Shown here piece by piece: positions 24,794 to 37,455 of a stretch of DNA of 64,000 nucleotides. The notes beneath the pieces are model-generated. The model made no database searches and was not told where the DNA came from. It saw nothing but the letters and a program-made list of their open reading frames with translations. This DNA is from Camelus dromedarius (Eukaryota). Position 1 is the first letter of the stretch. The number at the start of each line of letters is the position of its first letter. The position numbers and the translations under genes are program-made. The stretch lies in the NCBI RefSeq assembly GCF_036321535.1, contig NC_087437.1, positions 81,842,001 through 81,906,000 on the forward strand. The letters are read 5' to 3'.

Positions 24794-26840
24794 ATAGATA
24801 AGGAAGGACTACAGCATTTGATGTGTGTCCTCAAGAACTTGTCTTGGGTCTGAAAAAGCTGAGAAGAATAAAGGAAATATTTCTCAACTCCTTTCAATGT
24901 TCCCCTCTCCCCACAAAAAAATCTCTGCACTCGGTTTTCTCATTTGCCCTTTGAGCACTTTTACTTAAATCTGCTTCTATCTAGTTGCTTTTATCACTGC
25001 TATCATGCGGCCATCAAGAGCCAGCTGCTTTCCAGGTGAATGTTGGAGATGAGAATCCTTTAGCAACATATGTTGCTCCAGGTTTTTAAAATTACTTATG
25101 TATGGAAATATATATGTATACATTTTAAATTCTGTATATGTAATTACTGAACACTATACACTATGTGACCTGGGATTTGTGTTGATTCTGCTCTGACAGG
25201 GTTACATGCTGTCATAAATGGACCCAGAGTTTGCAGTGATTTAATTCTCAGCTGGGAACTGGCCTCCCCGTTCCTCCTGCTAATTGTCTACCCTTGTAGT
25301 TGTGTGTAAGGAAGTACTCGGTCAGTGAGACTTTCTCTCCAATGTGGACTCTGTGTCAGTGAATCAATGCGGCAAACTTCACTTTGGAAAAAGGTTATCA
25401 GGTTTTTAAAAATCTAGTTTATGGCAAAAATAGCCATGCCCCAAGTGGTAGCTAGCTGTTGCAGAGCATGAGATTTTTGTAATACATTGCTGTTTCAGAT
25501 CTCCATTGGTCATAATGGGAGGAAAAAATGCTTCCTACCAGTCTCTGTCTTATTTCAAGGGCATACCTTGGAGATACTCAAAGAAGGGTGCAGATTGCAC
25601 CATGGAATTTGTTGAGGAAAGACAGATCAAAATCTCGCCAGCAATGAGCAGAGTGAGTCAGGTGGGCTGGAAACTCTGACACTTAGTAAACCTGATAGTG
25701 ATGAGCAAGGAACTTCTTTGGAGACTAGACTGCTCCCTTATAGTAGGGATGAAGCTGTCCTCGGTGTGCTGAAAACACACTTCACCTTTGCATAGTTGGG
25801 AGCCTCACTGAAAATGACCTCTGCTGCCCAATGTCTGTGTTCTTTTCAGCAGTTCAGCCCAAATGGGAGTGTATCCAGATACATATCAGATCAAAATCAT
25901 TGTCATTAGAGTGTTCTTGATTACTGGGTATCTGGTAACTTTACTGTAAGATAATTTGATACCACTGACATGTTACACTTGTATGAGAACACCTTTCCCA
26001 GAGTGCCTCAGATCTTTATTGCTTTAAAGGAATTATGATGATGTTTTCATTACTGTTACTATTTTAATGATTTAGTAAAGTGACCGAATCTGGTATAGAC
26101 TTTTGAGGGGTATGTGTGTGAAGTTTTTTTTTTTATCAGACTGTAATATTTGTGAATGGAATGCCTTGCAATACGAATGTTAATATAATGTGTAAAGGGA
26201 GATTAAAAAGTTTGATTATCCTGCCATATAGTCATTAACTTTGTTGCATTTATTGGGATTTCAGAGGGAAGTGGTGGGAATGGGTGACTGATTTCATAGT
26301 CTAAAAAAGACTCATGAATAATTGAGCAAAAATACTTTTTAAAATTTAATGGCTGTATAAAAATTTCAGTACTGTATTTAGTTCAGCAGTCTACCAGCAG
26401 GATTTGGGATGCAACCGTATTTTTGAGATTGTTTAAGACAGAGATTGCTCAATATTTAGGGCAGCATTTTATGTACTGATAGTGGAATTAACTGTGGGTG
26501 TAGTCAATGTCTATGATTAAAAAATAAGCTCAAGGAAGAAAATCTTGGTGGGATAGATTTTTGGTTGTTAAAAGATAAAAACCACCACAAGGGTGATGAT
26601 GCTCTTCTTCGTTTGGGAAATTTTAAAACAACATGGGCTCCAGTCTAACTGTGTATTTCTAATTACAAGTGTTTATTAGATTTGGTTGAGAAAACATCTA
26701 GGGTAGTTTCATCATTCTGCCAATTTTTCAAAATGTCAGTGTATTAATTTTTTATTTTTTGTATTAACTTAAAAAAATACACCCCGCCTTTGTTTCCTAC
26801 CAGTCCTCCATCCCCCTTGGAATTATAATTTGGAAGGGGA
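24794..26840 (+). pseudogene. 5'-truncated processed retrocopy consisting of 3'UTR-like sequence only
   Basis: Unique, repeat-free, U-rich segment that splits an L1 3' end. TSD aaaaatggttaaaatga (24777-24793) / aaaaaaggttaaaatga (26841-26857) at a TT/AAAA site. ATTAAA at 26202. No ORF of 60 aa or more in the track. From memory it resembles the LSM12 3'UTR, which is unverified. Confidence 0.75.
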
Positions 26841-26905
26841 AAAAAAGGTTAAAATGATAGGTTTTGTTATATATATTTTAGCACAATAATACAACCTCCG
26901 CTCCC
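26841..26905 (+). mobile_element. L1MB-like 3' end, right piece
   Basis: ggttaaaatgataggttttgttatatatattttagcacaataat continues the L1 terminus interrupted at 24793. Confidence 0.8.
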
Positions 26906-27150
26906 TGAAGGCTCCAGAGTCAGTCGTCTTGGGTCCTAATACTGCTGCTGATACTTCCTGATTCTGAGACCTTGGGTAAATGTAACAACCTCTCCGTCTC
27001 TCTGTGCTTCAGTTTGCTTACCTCAGAATGAAAGGATGATGGCACGTACTCCATTGTTGCTGAGGATATAATAAATTAATATGTCCAAAGCATTTAGAAT
27101 ATTGCCTGTCACATAATAAACGCCCAAGAAACACTAGCTGTTGTTACTGA
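26906..27150 (+). mobile_element. MIR 3' piece
   Basis: ggctccagagtcag...gagaccttgggtaaatg...ctctgtgcttcagtttgcttacct...aaagcatttagaatattgcctgtcacataataaacgcccaa. Confidence 0.85.
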
Positions 27151-28441
27151 TGTTGTAAAATAAAATGGTGAAAATGTGGGTGGAAAGAGGAGGAATAAGT
27201 AAAATAAGGGCCCCAGAAAATTAACACCGTGCAAAATCAGGTCTGGAGTAACTAAGAACTGACTACATCAGCCAAACATTTAGATTCCAATCTCTAAGCA
27301 AGACTGCGTAGGGTCCTGAACCAGCTATGAAGATATTCAGAAGCTCACACGCTTGGCCCTACCTCCAACTAACCGACTCTGACTGCCCGAGGTAGGGCTG
27401 GGGGAGCTTCCAGTGAGCTATAAGGAGAGGCCGCCATCTCACAAATACACTCACTGTGTACCTAGGGACGATGCATTTTTGCTACTTTAGGTTTATCTGG
27501 AGGATTGCTTAATATTTTAATATCTAAAAATGTGTGTCCCTCCCCTCCTTTTATAACAGCACCTTTCTCCTTTCTATCTATTACTCTATTAAGTAAGAAA
27601 CTTTCGCTAATAAATATTAAGGCAGAGTGCACAGTTTCCCACTGTGGCTGCTGTTGAGCTATCCCTGATCAACTCGGCCCCTAATGAGAATGTGGGTCCA
27701 TACCCTCTCATGACCATTTTAGAGTCATGTAGGCCGTGCTTATCAGACAGATCTGTATGGCTCAAAGAGATGCCCTTTTTCCTTTTTAAACCCTGGTTTT
27801 TTTCTCAGTGAGAGGTGGTGGCTAGGGTTTCTTTTTCTTTTTATTCCTTGGTGGGAGTGCCATGCTAATTTGGCCTGATTTCACTTTCCTGTTCTGGGTT
27901 AGGGCACTGGCATACTTTAAAGGTACCTTGCTGGAAGGAGGCTTCTTCTCTCAGAAGTGCATGAGGTGGAAGGTTTTGGGAGGTGGAGACGCTGCAGACG
28001 GGGAGAAGTGGAAGTGGAGTGGGAAATGGCAAAGCACTACAGCAAGAGCCTGCTGATGATTTCTCCCTGCATGCCACCTTACCCACCGACATCTTTCGTT
28101 TTCTGAAATAGCAGATCAACAAATCCTCCGTGGCTCCCCATGACATAGAAAATAAAGCCCAATCTCTTCTGCCTGACATTGGAGGCCTTCCGCCACATGG
28201 CCCCAGGGGTCTCCCACATTCCTGACGCACACCCTCCAGTTTCCTCACATCCCCTCAACATGCTTGGCACAGCTGAGGCCACAGCACCTGGGGCCCACCT
28301 TACTCCCATCTCCCCAGTCCTCCTCCCCCTTCCTCTGAACTCCTACAAAAGGAACTGTCTGTGTCACTCATTAGGGCTTTTCGTCACATGGGCCACACTT
28401 TAATGATTTCATACGTGTGTACTTTACCTCACAAACCAGAC

Positions 28442-28793
28442 CAGAGCTCCCCAAACTGGAGGCTCATGGGTTGAATTCAGCCCACATACATGTTTCGTTT
28501 GGCCCACACAATGTTTTTGAAGAATTTGAATTAGTTGCCAGCATTAAAAAAAATCAGGAGATGGTTTATAGTAAAAATCTGACTTCTCTCAACAAACTGG
28601 AAGCTCTGACAAAGCTGGGCCAGCATTCTAGGATGGTTCCAATCAGCTGGAGCTGTGTTCTGATGATCCTTTCAGGATGACGTGTCCTTTCCACTTCTGC
28701 AGAGTCCCAGTCACTCCTCCGCCCTGCGCCTGGCCCCTTCCTGCTCTCACAGGCCTTCCTGTCTCCCACAGCCGCTTAAACTTGCAACCTCTG
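28442..28793 (-). mobile_element. MER102-like hAT element (within an L2 3' remnant)
   Basis: cagagctccccaaactggaggc...tttggcccacacaatgttttt...gaattagttgccagcatt...aatcagctggagctg...cttgcaacctctg. Confidence 0.7.
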
Positions 28794-30104
28794 AACTCCA
28801 CCCTATGTTTGTCTTTGGAGAACACATTCTTTGTCTTCATCTCCTCACTTTCTCAGTACCTCACACACTACTATTTACATAACAGGTGCTGAAAAAAATA
28901 CCTCCTGAATGGAAGACAGGAAGGCCAGAAGCAAAGAAGCAGATACAAGTGACAGATCAGGGAGATGAGGGTTAAAGGAGGCCAAGGGTAAGAAGTGTTT
29001 TCCAGTGCCCCCAAAAGGATGTGAAAAGGAAGATTTTGTTCCTTTATAGCTTCAAATGGCAGGGATTTATAAAGCTTTTTTAGAAAATTAAAAGAGGTGC
29101 TTCATTTTTAAAATGATAACTTCCTAGAAGTTGGACAAGAGAAGCAACTTGGATTATCTAATGAGGCTCTTTGACTCTGAGTATGCTTTACTGTGTCAAT
29201 AGTGAAGTGACTCAGTCTGTCCTTTTTAAAAGAAAAACCACAAAACTTTAAGCCTTACTCTGTCCTGCTGACTAGGTAAAAGAGAAATTACCCTAAAGGC
29301 TGACTTCATTTCATCTCTATGTTCAAAATCTCAAAAGAAATACGCTGTAAGAGATACATGTTACCAAAGACCTTTTCCCGAACTTGTACCAAATGCCCTC
29401 TGGGTGCCATCCTAGCTGCCCCTTTCCACGCAAATGAGAGTGAAGTCCAGAAGGTCAGGAAGAGTGGGGTTCCAGAATACTAAACATAACTCTCAGTGAT
29501 TGAACTTTAAGTTAAATGTCTCAGGTGAGACTGCGGCTCCAGAGAAGTCAGGCCTTAATGCGATATTCTAATCCTGGGGGTTTTACAGCTTCACCCTTCT
29601 GCTGAAAAGCCTCTGTAGCTTTATTGCTAAGGGAACAGTAGGGAAAAACTGTTCTTACTGTTCCGTTGATGTCTCTGGGTTTGAGGGTAAAAAGCAAATT
29701 GAGTTGGTGCTGAGGTGTTGGGGAATTCAGTGAAGAAAAGAAGTGGAGAGAATTTCCAACTTGTCCGTTATGAGAGTTTGTGTTTGAACTAGAAGTCTGA
29801 GCAAACTAAAAGCTGAGCAAAGATTTCAATTTGGGATCTGAGTATCTCAAGCTGCTGGGACAGAAAGGAGGTCACTAATGGGAAATCTGCAGAAGCATCC
29901 AAGAACAGGCATCTGTCTCACTTGACTGTCAAGTCTTCTCTGTTTGCCTGCAGAGGTGACCTCATTTTTCATTTCAACAAATTATAACTTAAAACACACT
30001 TATAAGCGTCTAATTGTGGAAAGTTTCATTCTATAGGTAGGGGCTTATCACAGTTTCTAAAATCTCAAACTGTTCAGTGTCCCATGCAGTATTCTGAGAG
30101 AGAC

Positions 30105-30335
30105 AGGAGAGTGTGGTGGGTTCTGGGGTCAGACAAAACTTAGACTGGAGTCCTAGCTCTGCCAGTCAGTGGATTTGGGGCACTAGGAAAATCGGATAAC
30201 TTCTTCCAGCCACAGTTTTCTCAGCTACAAAAGGGGAATAAAAATAGTACAATTGCACGGGATTACTTTGAGGTGTGAGTGAGAGTGCAAGCAGACTACT
30301 TAGCACAGCACCCTGCAGGGAGTCAGTCTCCAACA
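30105..30335 (+). mobile_element. MIR
   Basis: tctggggtcagac...gtcctagctctgcca...cagttttctcagctacaaaaggggaataaaa...cttagcacagcac. Confidence 0.7.
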
Positions 30336-30609
30336 ACAAGCTATTTTCATCAGAGTCTCTCACGATGTAGAAAGATTCAGATGATCAGCTGGGTGAATGG
30401 TCATCAGGATATTCAAGGAATACATAAGTTGGCTGGCACCGTGCTCACAGCTTGTAATTCTAAACAAGGTTGAGGTTGGTAAGTCCTGTCAGAAGCACTT
30501 GGCTCTCAGTGATTTTTCCAGTAGGAGGGATAGGTTATGCTGAGCCAGCCATCCTCATACCTCTGCCTTCCGTGATCAAATACATGCATTTCCTAACCAG
30601 TTGGGCAAG

Positions 30610-30720
30610 TGCAGGCTGCTCTGCATGAATCCAACTGTCTCATATGGGGCCTGATTCCACAGCATGAATTTTAACCAACTGAGCTAACTGGTAATAGATA
30701 ACCAACGGCATGTTCCCTAC
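30610..30720 (-). mobile_element. Ancient tRNA-Ile-derived SINE remnant (MamSINE1-like)
   Basis: Minus strand ccagttagctcagttggttaaa...ccccatatgagacag resembles the tRNA-Ile 5' half and 3' end, with the middle lost. Confidence 0.45.
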
Positions 30721-32029
30721 TTGCAGGAGGCCAGCAGACTTTTACAGGGATGTATCAAGAAAACTTTAACAGGATGCAGAGCACAAAATGCATTTTAGTA
30801 ATACCCAAGAATATGTAATGTTTCAGAGTTTGGAAAAACTGCTGCTACTCTGTCCACTCCAATTTATAAGCAGATTCTACAGACTGAGAGGTCTGGGCTT
30901 TTATTGGCCTTTTTCCCTGATGATGTAATGAGTATCTGAAACTGACAAGCTTAAAGCCAGACAAGAAGCTCAGAGCTAGAGATCACGTCATCTTTCCTTA
31001 AAGTAACATCTCACTGCCTGTTTGGTTTCCTGTAGAAAGACTGGACACTTGAGGAACAGAGAGTTGCAGAATATTAGAACTAGAAGAAGCTTGTCTGGTC
31101 CACTGGAGGAACAAAGAAATTATATGATACACAAAGGTTATACAGCTAAATGCTGGCTCTGCCAGAACCAGAGTTACTTTAACTCCAGGTCCAGAGTTTT
31201 CCATTAAAATTGCTAACCTGAGCCATCCAATCATCGGTTTTTCTCACAGAGCTATCCTAAAACTGGGAAACAAACCACTTGTTTATTTCTTCAATGGTCT
31301 GAGCCTGCCACCTGGTTGTACTGATGTCCAAAGCAATGAGATATTTGTTTATAGTTGCCTATAAATTCAACATTAGCTGTGTAAATTATATTATGACACA
31401 CTTGTTAATGTCTAGCACATAAGCCAGCAAGTGCTAGAAGCACTTCTCACCTAGAGGCTAAAATGTTAGGATGATGTCTTTATTAAGCTCAAAATTATGA
31501 ACTTCTTTATCTGTTATCACCAGCTAGTAGGCATTCAGTAAATGTAATTTATTTATTTTAATATTAAGTTCCTTCTGTTTAGAATAGATATTTCTAGGTT
31601 ATTGAATAAAAATTTCTAAAAATTTTCTCGTAAAAATTTAAACAGTAGATGTGAGGTCTAGAGAATTTAATAATATTTAGGGAATGATGAATTGGAGATA
31701 TGTCAGTTCATCAGCTATCAGTGTTGTGAAGAAATCCCAGAGCTGAGAGTCAGAATTGGTTCTCCACCAGAGTCATGTCACACTCTTAGCCAGTAATAAT
31801 CCTTGGTACCCTACCATTTTTCTATTTAAAATGCACCTAAATAGCTTTCCTCTCTATTCTCTATCTTTTCCTCCCTTTAAGCTCCAGCTTGAGATCTTGG
31901 TCTACCATAGTTGGCACTCATGACCTACCATTCACCTGGTACCTACATACTACCTTGGGCAAGTATGAATTATCTTATACTTGTGTCTCATATCCACAAC
32001 CAGATTACTCAGGATCTCCTTCCTTGAAT

Positions 32030-32404
32030 GCTGTCGTAGTTCAGGCTGCTATAACAGAATACCAAGGACTGAATGCCTTATAAACAACAGAAATTTCCCA
32101 AGGTTCTGAAGGCTGAAAGTCCAAGATCAAGGTGTTGGCATGGTCAAGTCCTGGTGGGCGTCTTTTTCCAGGTTGCAGATTGCTGACTTTTCATATTCTC
32201 CCACAGTGAAGAGTGAAGAGAGGAAACAATTTCTCTCATGATTCTATTTATAAGGGCACTAATTTCATTCACGAGGACTCTGCCCTTAAGACCCCATCTA
32301 ATCCTAATTACCTCCCAAAAGCCCTACCTCCTAATACCACCACATTGCAGGGAGGCGTTCAATATACGAATTTGGGGTAGCAGAGTACACAATTCAGTCT
32401 ATAA
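32030..32404 (-). mobile_element. MLT1A-like MaLR LTR
   Basis: gttcaggctgctataacagaatacc...aagtccaagatcaaggtg...ttataagggcactaat...aattacctcccaaaagccc...gaatttgggg...attcagtctata. Confidence 0.88.
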
Positions 32405-32749
32405 AAAAGGCCTAAGACTAAGCTAGGGCTCTGCACACATGGGTTGTCCATAATATAATCTATCCTACCAGAAAAATGAGGGGACTATACAGGTCATCTT
32501 TGGACTCCTTGGGCGTAGACATGAAAAAACAAATATTCCTCATGCTGCAGAAAGGTAAAACAGTTTAACATAAAACAAGCATGAATGTATACAATATTGA
32601 GAACATTCTGAAATATTAAGGCTAGAATTTGCTTAAGTTACACAACCCTTTTTCCTAAATTTTCGGGGTAATTTCAAAAATTACCATTCTCTCAAGAGTG
32701 TCTGAGGACTAAAGAAGTGGGAAAGGAAGAGATTAAAATATACATGTGA

Positions 32750-32890
32750 AAATAAACATATGAAAATGCCAGCAGTGGTTATCTCTAGGTGCTGCAGTTA
32801 CTGGTAATTTCGACTTTTTTTCTTTACACTTTTGGGTACTTTCCACATTCTCTGTGATGAACATGTTACCATCATAAGCAGAAAGAAACT
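32750..32890 (+). mobile_element. L1ME-like 3' end
   Basis: cagtggttatctctaggtg...ggtaatttc...actttccacattctct...atgaacatgt. Confidence 0.55.
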
Positions 32891-33819
32891 CCAAGAAACT
32901 TTAAAATAAAGGTAAAGATGAAGTTTTTAGGATTTCCAAATATTTGAGGTGTTTCTAGAATAAGCTGGTGATTGCCGTAACATGATAATATATATCCCAT
33001 GAATTCCCAAGAAGAATTTGTGGTCACATGAATCACATAATAAATGTAATTCTCCATGCGCTGAATGTTTCGAGTATGCTAATAGTGTTGGGGATGATGA
33101 AGAATTAAGAGAGTGTTTTAGTGTTATTGATAATTTGGAGGAAAGCTAGAGAGGCATTGTTCAGGATCCCAAGGTTGGTGCTTGCTGTGACAGCCCTCTA
33201 CTGAAAGGCTGTGAATACAAGAAGAAATTGATGACAACAGGACAGGGAGAACTGGGAGACCCTAAACTCAGGATAGGGGCTGCCCAGAGATGTCCTGTGG
33301 GGTATATCAGTGTCTATAGGGAAGACACCAGTAAGAATCTGAGGAGACAAGAGACCTCCAGAAAGACAGTCCTAACCTGAAGTCAAAGTACTATCAGACA
33401 GGTGGGTAAAGGATGAAGCTTGGAAGCAGCAAGGATGAGTAAGAAGGGCCAATAGAGGCTCCACAGGAAAGGGCATTTGAAAGTTTCTGGAAAGGACTGT
33501 GCTGTGATTACTGAAATCCAAACTAAAGGAGAAACTTGAGGCTAAAATTGAAATTACATCTCACTTTTGAAAATTTCTATTTCTTGCATATGAATTTTAC
33601 TGTAACACCAGAGACGGTGAGAAAGAAGAGTGGGAAGACTGATTGAAGGTGTGCATCCCATGCCTGAGCTTGGGGGGAGTTGGTGGAAATCTGCCAAAAG
33701 ACAGTGCAAAACAGAGGGAAGGGAAACTAATGATCTGCCCTCCTTTGCCCCAGTGTGTTCAATACAGTTTCTTTGAACCACATTAGGAACAAAATTAAGG
33801 TTGAGTTCCTAAGTCTTGG

Positions 33820-34122
33820 CTCAAGGGTGACAGCTCAATGCTAACAAGGGCCAGACAGATAAACATAAACAAAGTGGTCCAGCCAGAGTGGCCCACAGTG
33901 TAGGCAATAGCCCATGCTCTCTGTCTGAAGGAACAGCCATGAAAATGTGGGCCTCGGGTTGCCAAACCTAGGTTTTCAAAAAAAGAAAAGCCAGATATCT
34001 GGATTTCTTTGTGAAATCTGCTATTGTTAGTAACTAATTAAATTTCTTTTCAAAACCGTCATGAAGATCAAAGAAAACATATCTGAGGAGGAATGTGGGG
34101 CCTGGACTAGTTTGCAATCTTT
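33820..34122 (+). mobile_element. MER102-like hAT element
   Basis: gggccagacagataaacataaa...aatgtgggcc...gttgcca...agccagatatctggattt...gtgaaatct...aactaattaaattt. Confidence 0.6.
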
Positions 34123-34735
34123 TTCCTGGACCCCATCCTCAGTACAATTGCAACTTGGGTTAAGGAAGGGATTTAAACAGGACATGCTGTCTTGAAAACA
34201 CGCAAATATCTGACCTTTGGCCAGCCCTGAGAATACTAGGGAAGCTTCAGTGGTAAAAGAATCTGGCATAATGTAGCTCTTCACAGCTAATGCTTTGGGG
34301 AGAATATTACACAAGTTTAAGTAAGCCGAATGTCCAGATGTACAAAGAACAAAGTATAGAATTTGGGAAGAAGTTAAGTGTGGGCCAGAGTCAATGCCTG
34401 AAAACACTTGCATGCAATTTACTTTGATTCTGGTAGGAAGTTGCATTTGAAAATTGAAGTACAAAACCTGGCCCTGAGGGGTAATTTTATAAAATGATAC
34501 AGACTCAGCATGTGCTATGGCAGTGAACAGAGACTTGATTAGTCAGGGTTTCAGTGCCTTTGGATATGTATTTCCAGGTAAGAGAAATATCACAGTGAAA
34601 ACAAATACTCACTTCCCAACTGATTGGAAAGCTTGAGATTGCTTTGTTTGAGACTAGGAAAATAAAAGTGCTTCAGTTTAGACCCCTAAATGCTCAGTCA
34701 GGGGAGTGAGAGAATTTAATAAGTTTTCTACTACC

Positions 34736-35189
34736 TGCACCAGGTTGAGTAGTGTGTCTCTCCTTCCTTCCCCGTTATGTTCACTGGGAACCTGGGAATG
34801 TGACTTTATTCAGAATAACGGTCTTTGCAGATGTAAACAAGATGAGGTCATATGAAGTGAGGGTGGGCCTTATCCAATGATTGGTGTCCTTATAAGAAGA
34901 GGGAATTCGGACACAGACACACACTGACAGAAGACAACGATGTGAAGACAGAAGCAGATTTTGGAATTGCCACCACCACCACCACCCAAAGAATGCCAAG
35001 GACTACCGCACCTACCAGATGCTACAAGAGTACAGGAGGGATACTTCCACAGAGCCTTTGGAGGAAGAAGCAGAGCCCTCCTGGCACCTTGATTTCAGCC
35101 CAGCCTCTAGAACTGTGAGAGAATAAATTTCTGTTGTTATAAACCACCCAGTTTATGCTAATTTGTTATGGCAGCCCTAGGAAACTATG
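34736..35189 (+). mobile_element. MLT1C-like MaLR LTR
   Basis: gaatgtgactttatt...gtctttgcagatgtaa...tggtgtccttataagaagagg...agaactgtgagagaataaatttctgttgtt...tttgttatggcagccctaggaaact. Confidence 0.9.
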
Positions 35190-36439
35190 TCTTTTCAAGC
35201 CACTTCTGGGATGGGATGGAACGCTTGCTACGGTGAATTATACAATGACTTACAATTATGCCCCAAATTGGAGCAATATGTAGGGTTTAAGAGATAAAGG
35301 CACAGGAAAATTCTGTCAACAGAGCATGAAAACCCTCATTTTGGAGAGAATGCAAATGAGGAATAATGACTGGTAACCAAATGGAGAGCAGAACTTCAAT
35401 TCCAATGGTGTTATACATAGCATTTATCCCAGAGTTGGACCGAATTTAATTTCATGTAGGGGAAATTACACGTTACAGATTTTAAAAATTCCAGTCATTC
35501 TATCCTTGTCTAATTTAGTTTTCCTTTTTGTGAAAAAAATCAAGCCCTAGAAAATAACTACAAGACATTTTAGGTTCTTTATATACCTAAAGAACAAAAA
35601 TAATCATTAAGTTATGTATAACTCTGTCCCATTCCATATGCAGAAACTTTGTCTTATATGATATACACTCAAACAAAAGGTTTACATGATTGTTGGGGTG
35701 GGGTGGAGCTTTCATTTTTGCCTTTGTAAAAATTTAAAATAGTTACTTTTGAATCTGGTTATAGAAAGAAACATGATGTTGACTTATCCATGGATTCTCA
35801 GTGTTAATACTTTTTCTTTGGTTTTGTACCTTCATGTCTCAGACCCCTTTTCCCATTCTAGCCTGTAATTGCTAATCTAAGCCCAGAGAAAGGAAGGAGA
35901 GGCTTTAATCTGTCTCTCTTACAGGTACAGTTAACAAAGCCACAATAATAACACAAACAATGCCATAAGGGCCCATCCTCTAACTGCATGCATTCAGTTT
36001 TAGTAGGATACATACACGCATCCACGTATCTCCACCATCATTACCACCATCACCCAGACCTTGGACCAAAAGCCTCCCCTACAATTTTGGTACACATAAA
36101 TGAATTTCTTTTAAATGTGCTGTTCATTAGGAAGGGTACTGCTCTATATAAATCTTTGGATGATTTCTGGACTGTGGATGTCTGCTTATGTAAAACTTCA
36201 ATGGAGTACATTACATCACACATGTGCCATACTCAATTACATACCAAGAAAGCTTAAACACGTCTGCTCATTACAAGTGTATATCATAGGGTCCTTGTCA
36301 CCAATGTGGGAGTCAAACTCTCAGACACAAATTACGCCCACTGGTAGCTTAAATAACATGACAAATAACACATATGTCATGATAGTATTATAGATCATTT
36401 AAATGTGTATAGGTAAATTAAGTGTGCTTCCTGTGTGAT

Positions 36440-36610
36440 ACATCTTGTATTTATTATATATTTATAATGCATATTTATGTATAAATATATAAAATATTTA
36501 ATATTTAATATTATGAATGTCATTTAATAAAACATTTATAAACATGGTATATAAAATATTAAATTATACACTTTAACATATAAAATATACAATAAAAGTT
36601 TTTAAATTAT
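36440..36610. repeat. AT-rich low-complexity tract
   Basis: Almost entirely A/T. Confidence 0.7.
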
Positions 36611-37295
36611 TCAGTTTGAATAAAACTATTTACTCCTCTTTTTTTAAGATTCTGGATTAGTCTAATTGCATAGCATATACTGAGGTATAAAAATGAGCTT
36701 TAAAAAACTGCAACAAAAGAGAATATAGGGCTGACAGAGAACAATTATCCATTCAAACTTCTAATTTATGGAAAGGGTTTCATTGGCCTCAACAACTGTC
36801 TTGATAATAAGTAGATATGTGACAATATAAAATTAAATTTACACTAAAAAATATTACTTTTATGTGTTTTCTCTATTGAGGGTAGGCATAAGATTGCTTG
36901 CAAGAAGGGATCCTGCTGCCTAGAACATCTGAAAACAAGTTTTGTGGAGGGCATTCCAGAGCTGCCTTTAGACCAAATTCTGACTCTAAAGACTTTCACC
37001 CACAAGGAGCCACTTCCATGTTCAAAGTAATGAGTCTCACAGAGGCATCTTTCAGGGTCAAAGGTGATAATTTAACAAGACCTGGAGGAATTTACAGAAA
37101 CCTTTCTAAAAAAAGAAAACCATGAAAATGTCTGATTTAATTTGGATTTATCCATAAACAGATATACATTCCATTTTAGCATTAAAACATGGTTAAAATC
37201 AATTTAAAGAGATTTTATATTTTCATACGAGTATTTCACACAAATCTAATAAAGATCTGCCTTTCTCTGACATTGTCCAAGCTCTCTGTCAATAT

Positions 37296-37455
37296 AAACT
37301 ATATTCAATATCTTGTAGTAACTTATATGAAAAAGAATATGAAAACGAATGTATATTCATGTATGACTGAAGCATTATGCTGTCCACCAGAAATTGACAC
37401 AACATTGTAAACTGACTATACTTCAATAAAAAAATAAATACATACAAAAACAATA
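37296..37455 (+). mobile_element. Lineage-specific (camelid-type) L1 3' end, heavily 5'-truncated
   Basis: actatattcaatatcttgtagtaact...gtatgactgaagcattatgctgtccaccagaaattgacacaacattgtaaactgactatacttcaataaaaaaa. Confidence 0.88.
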
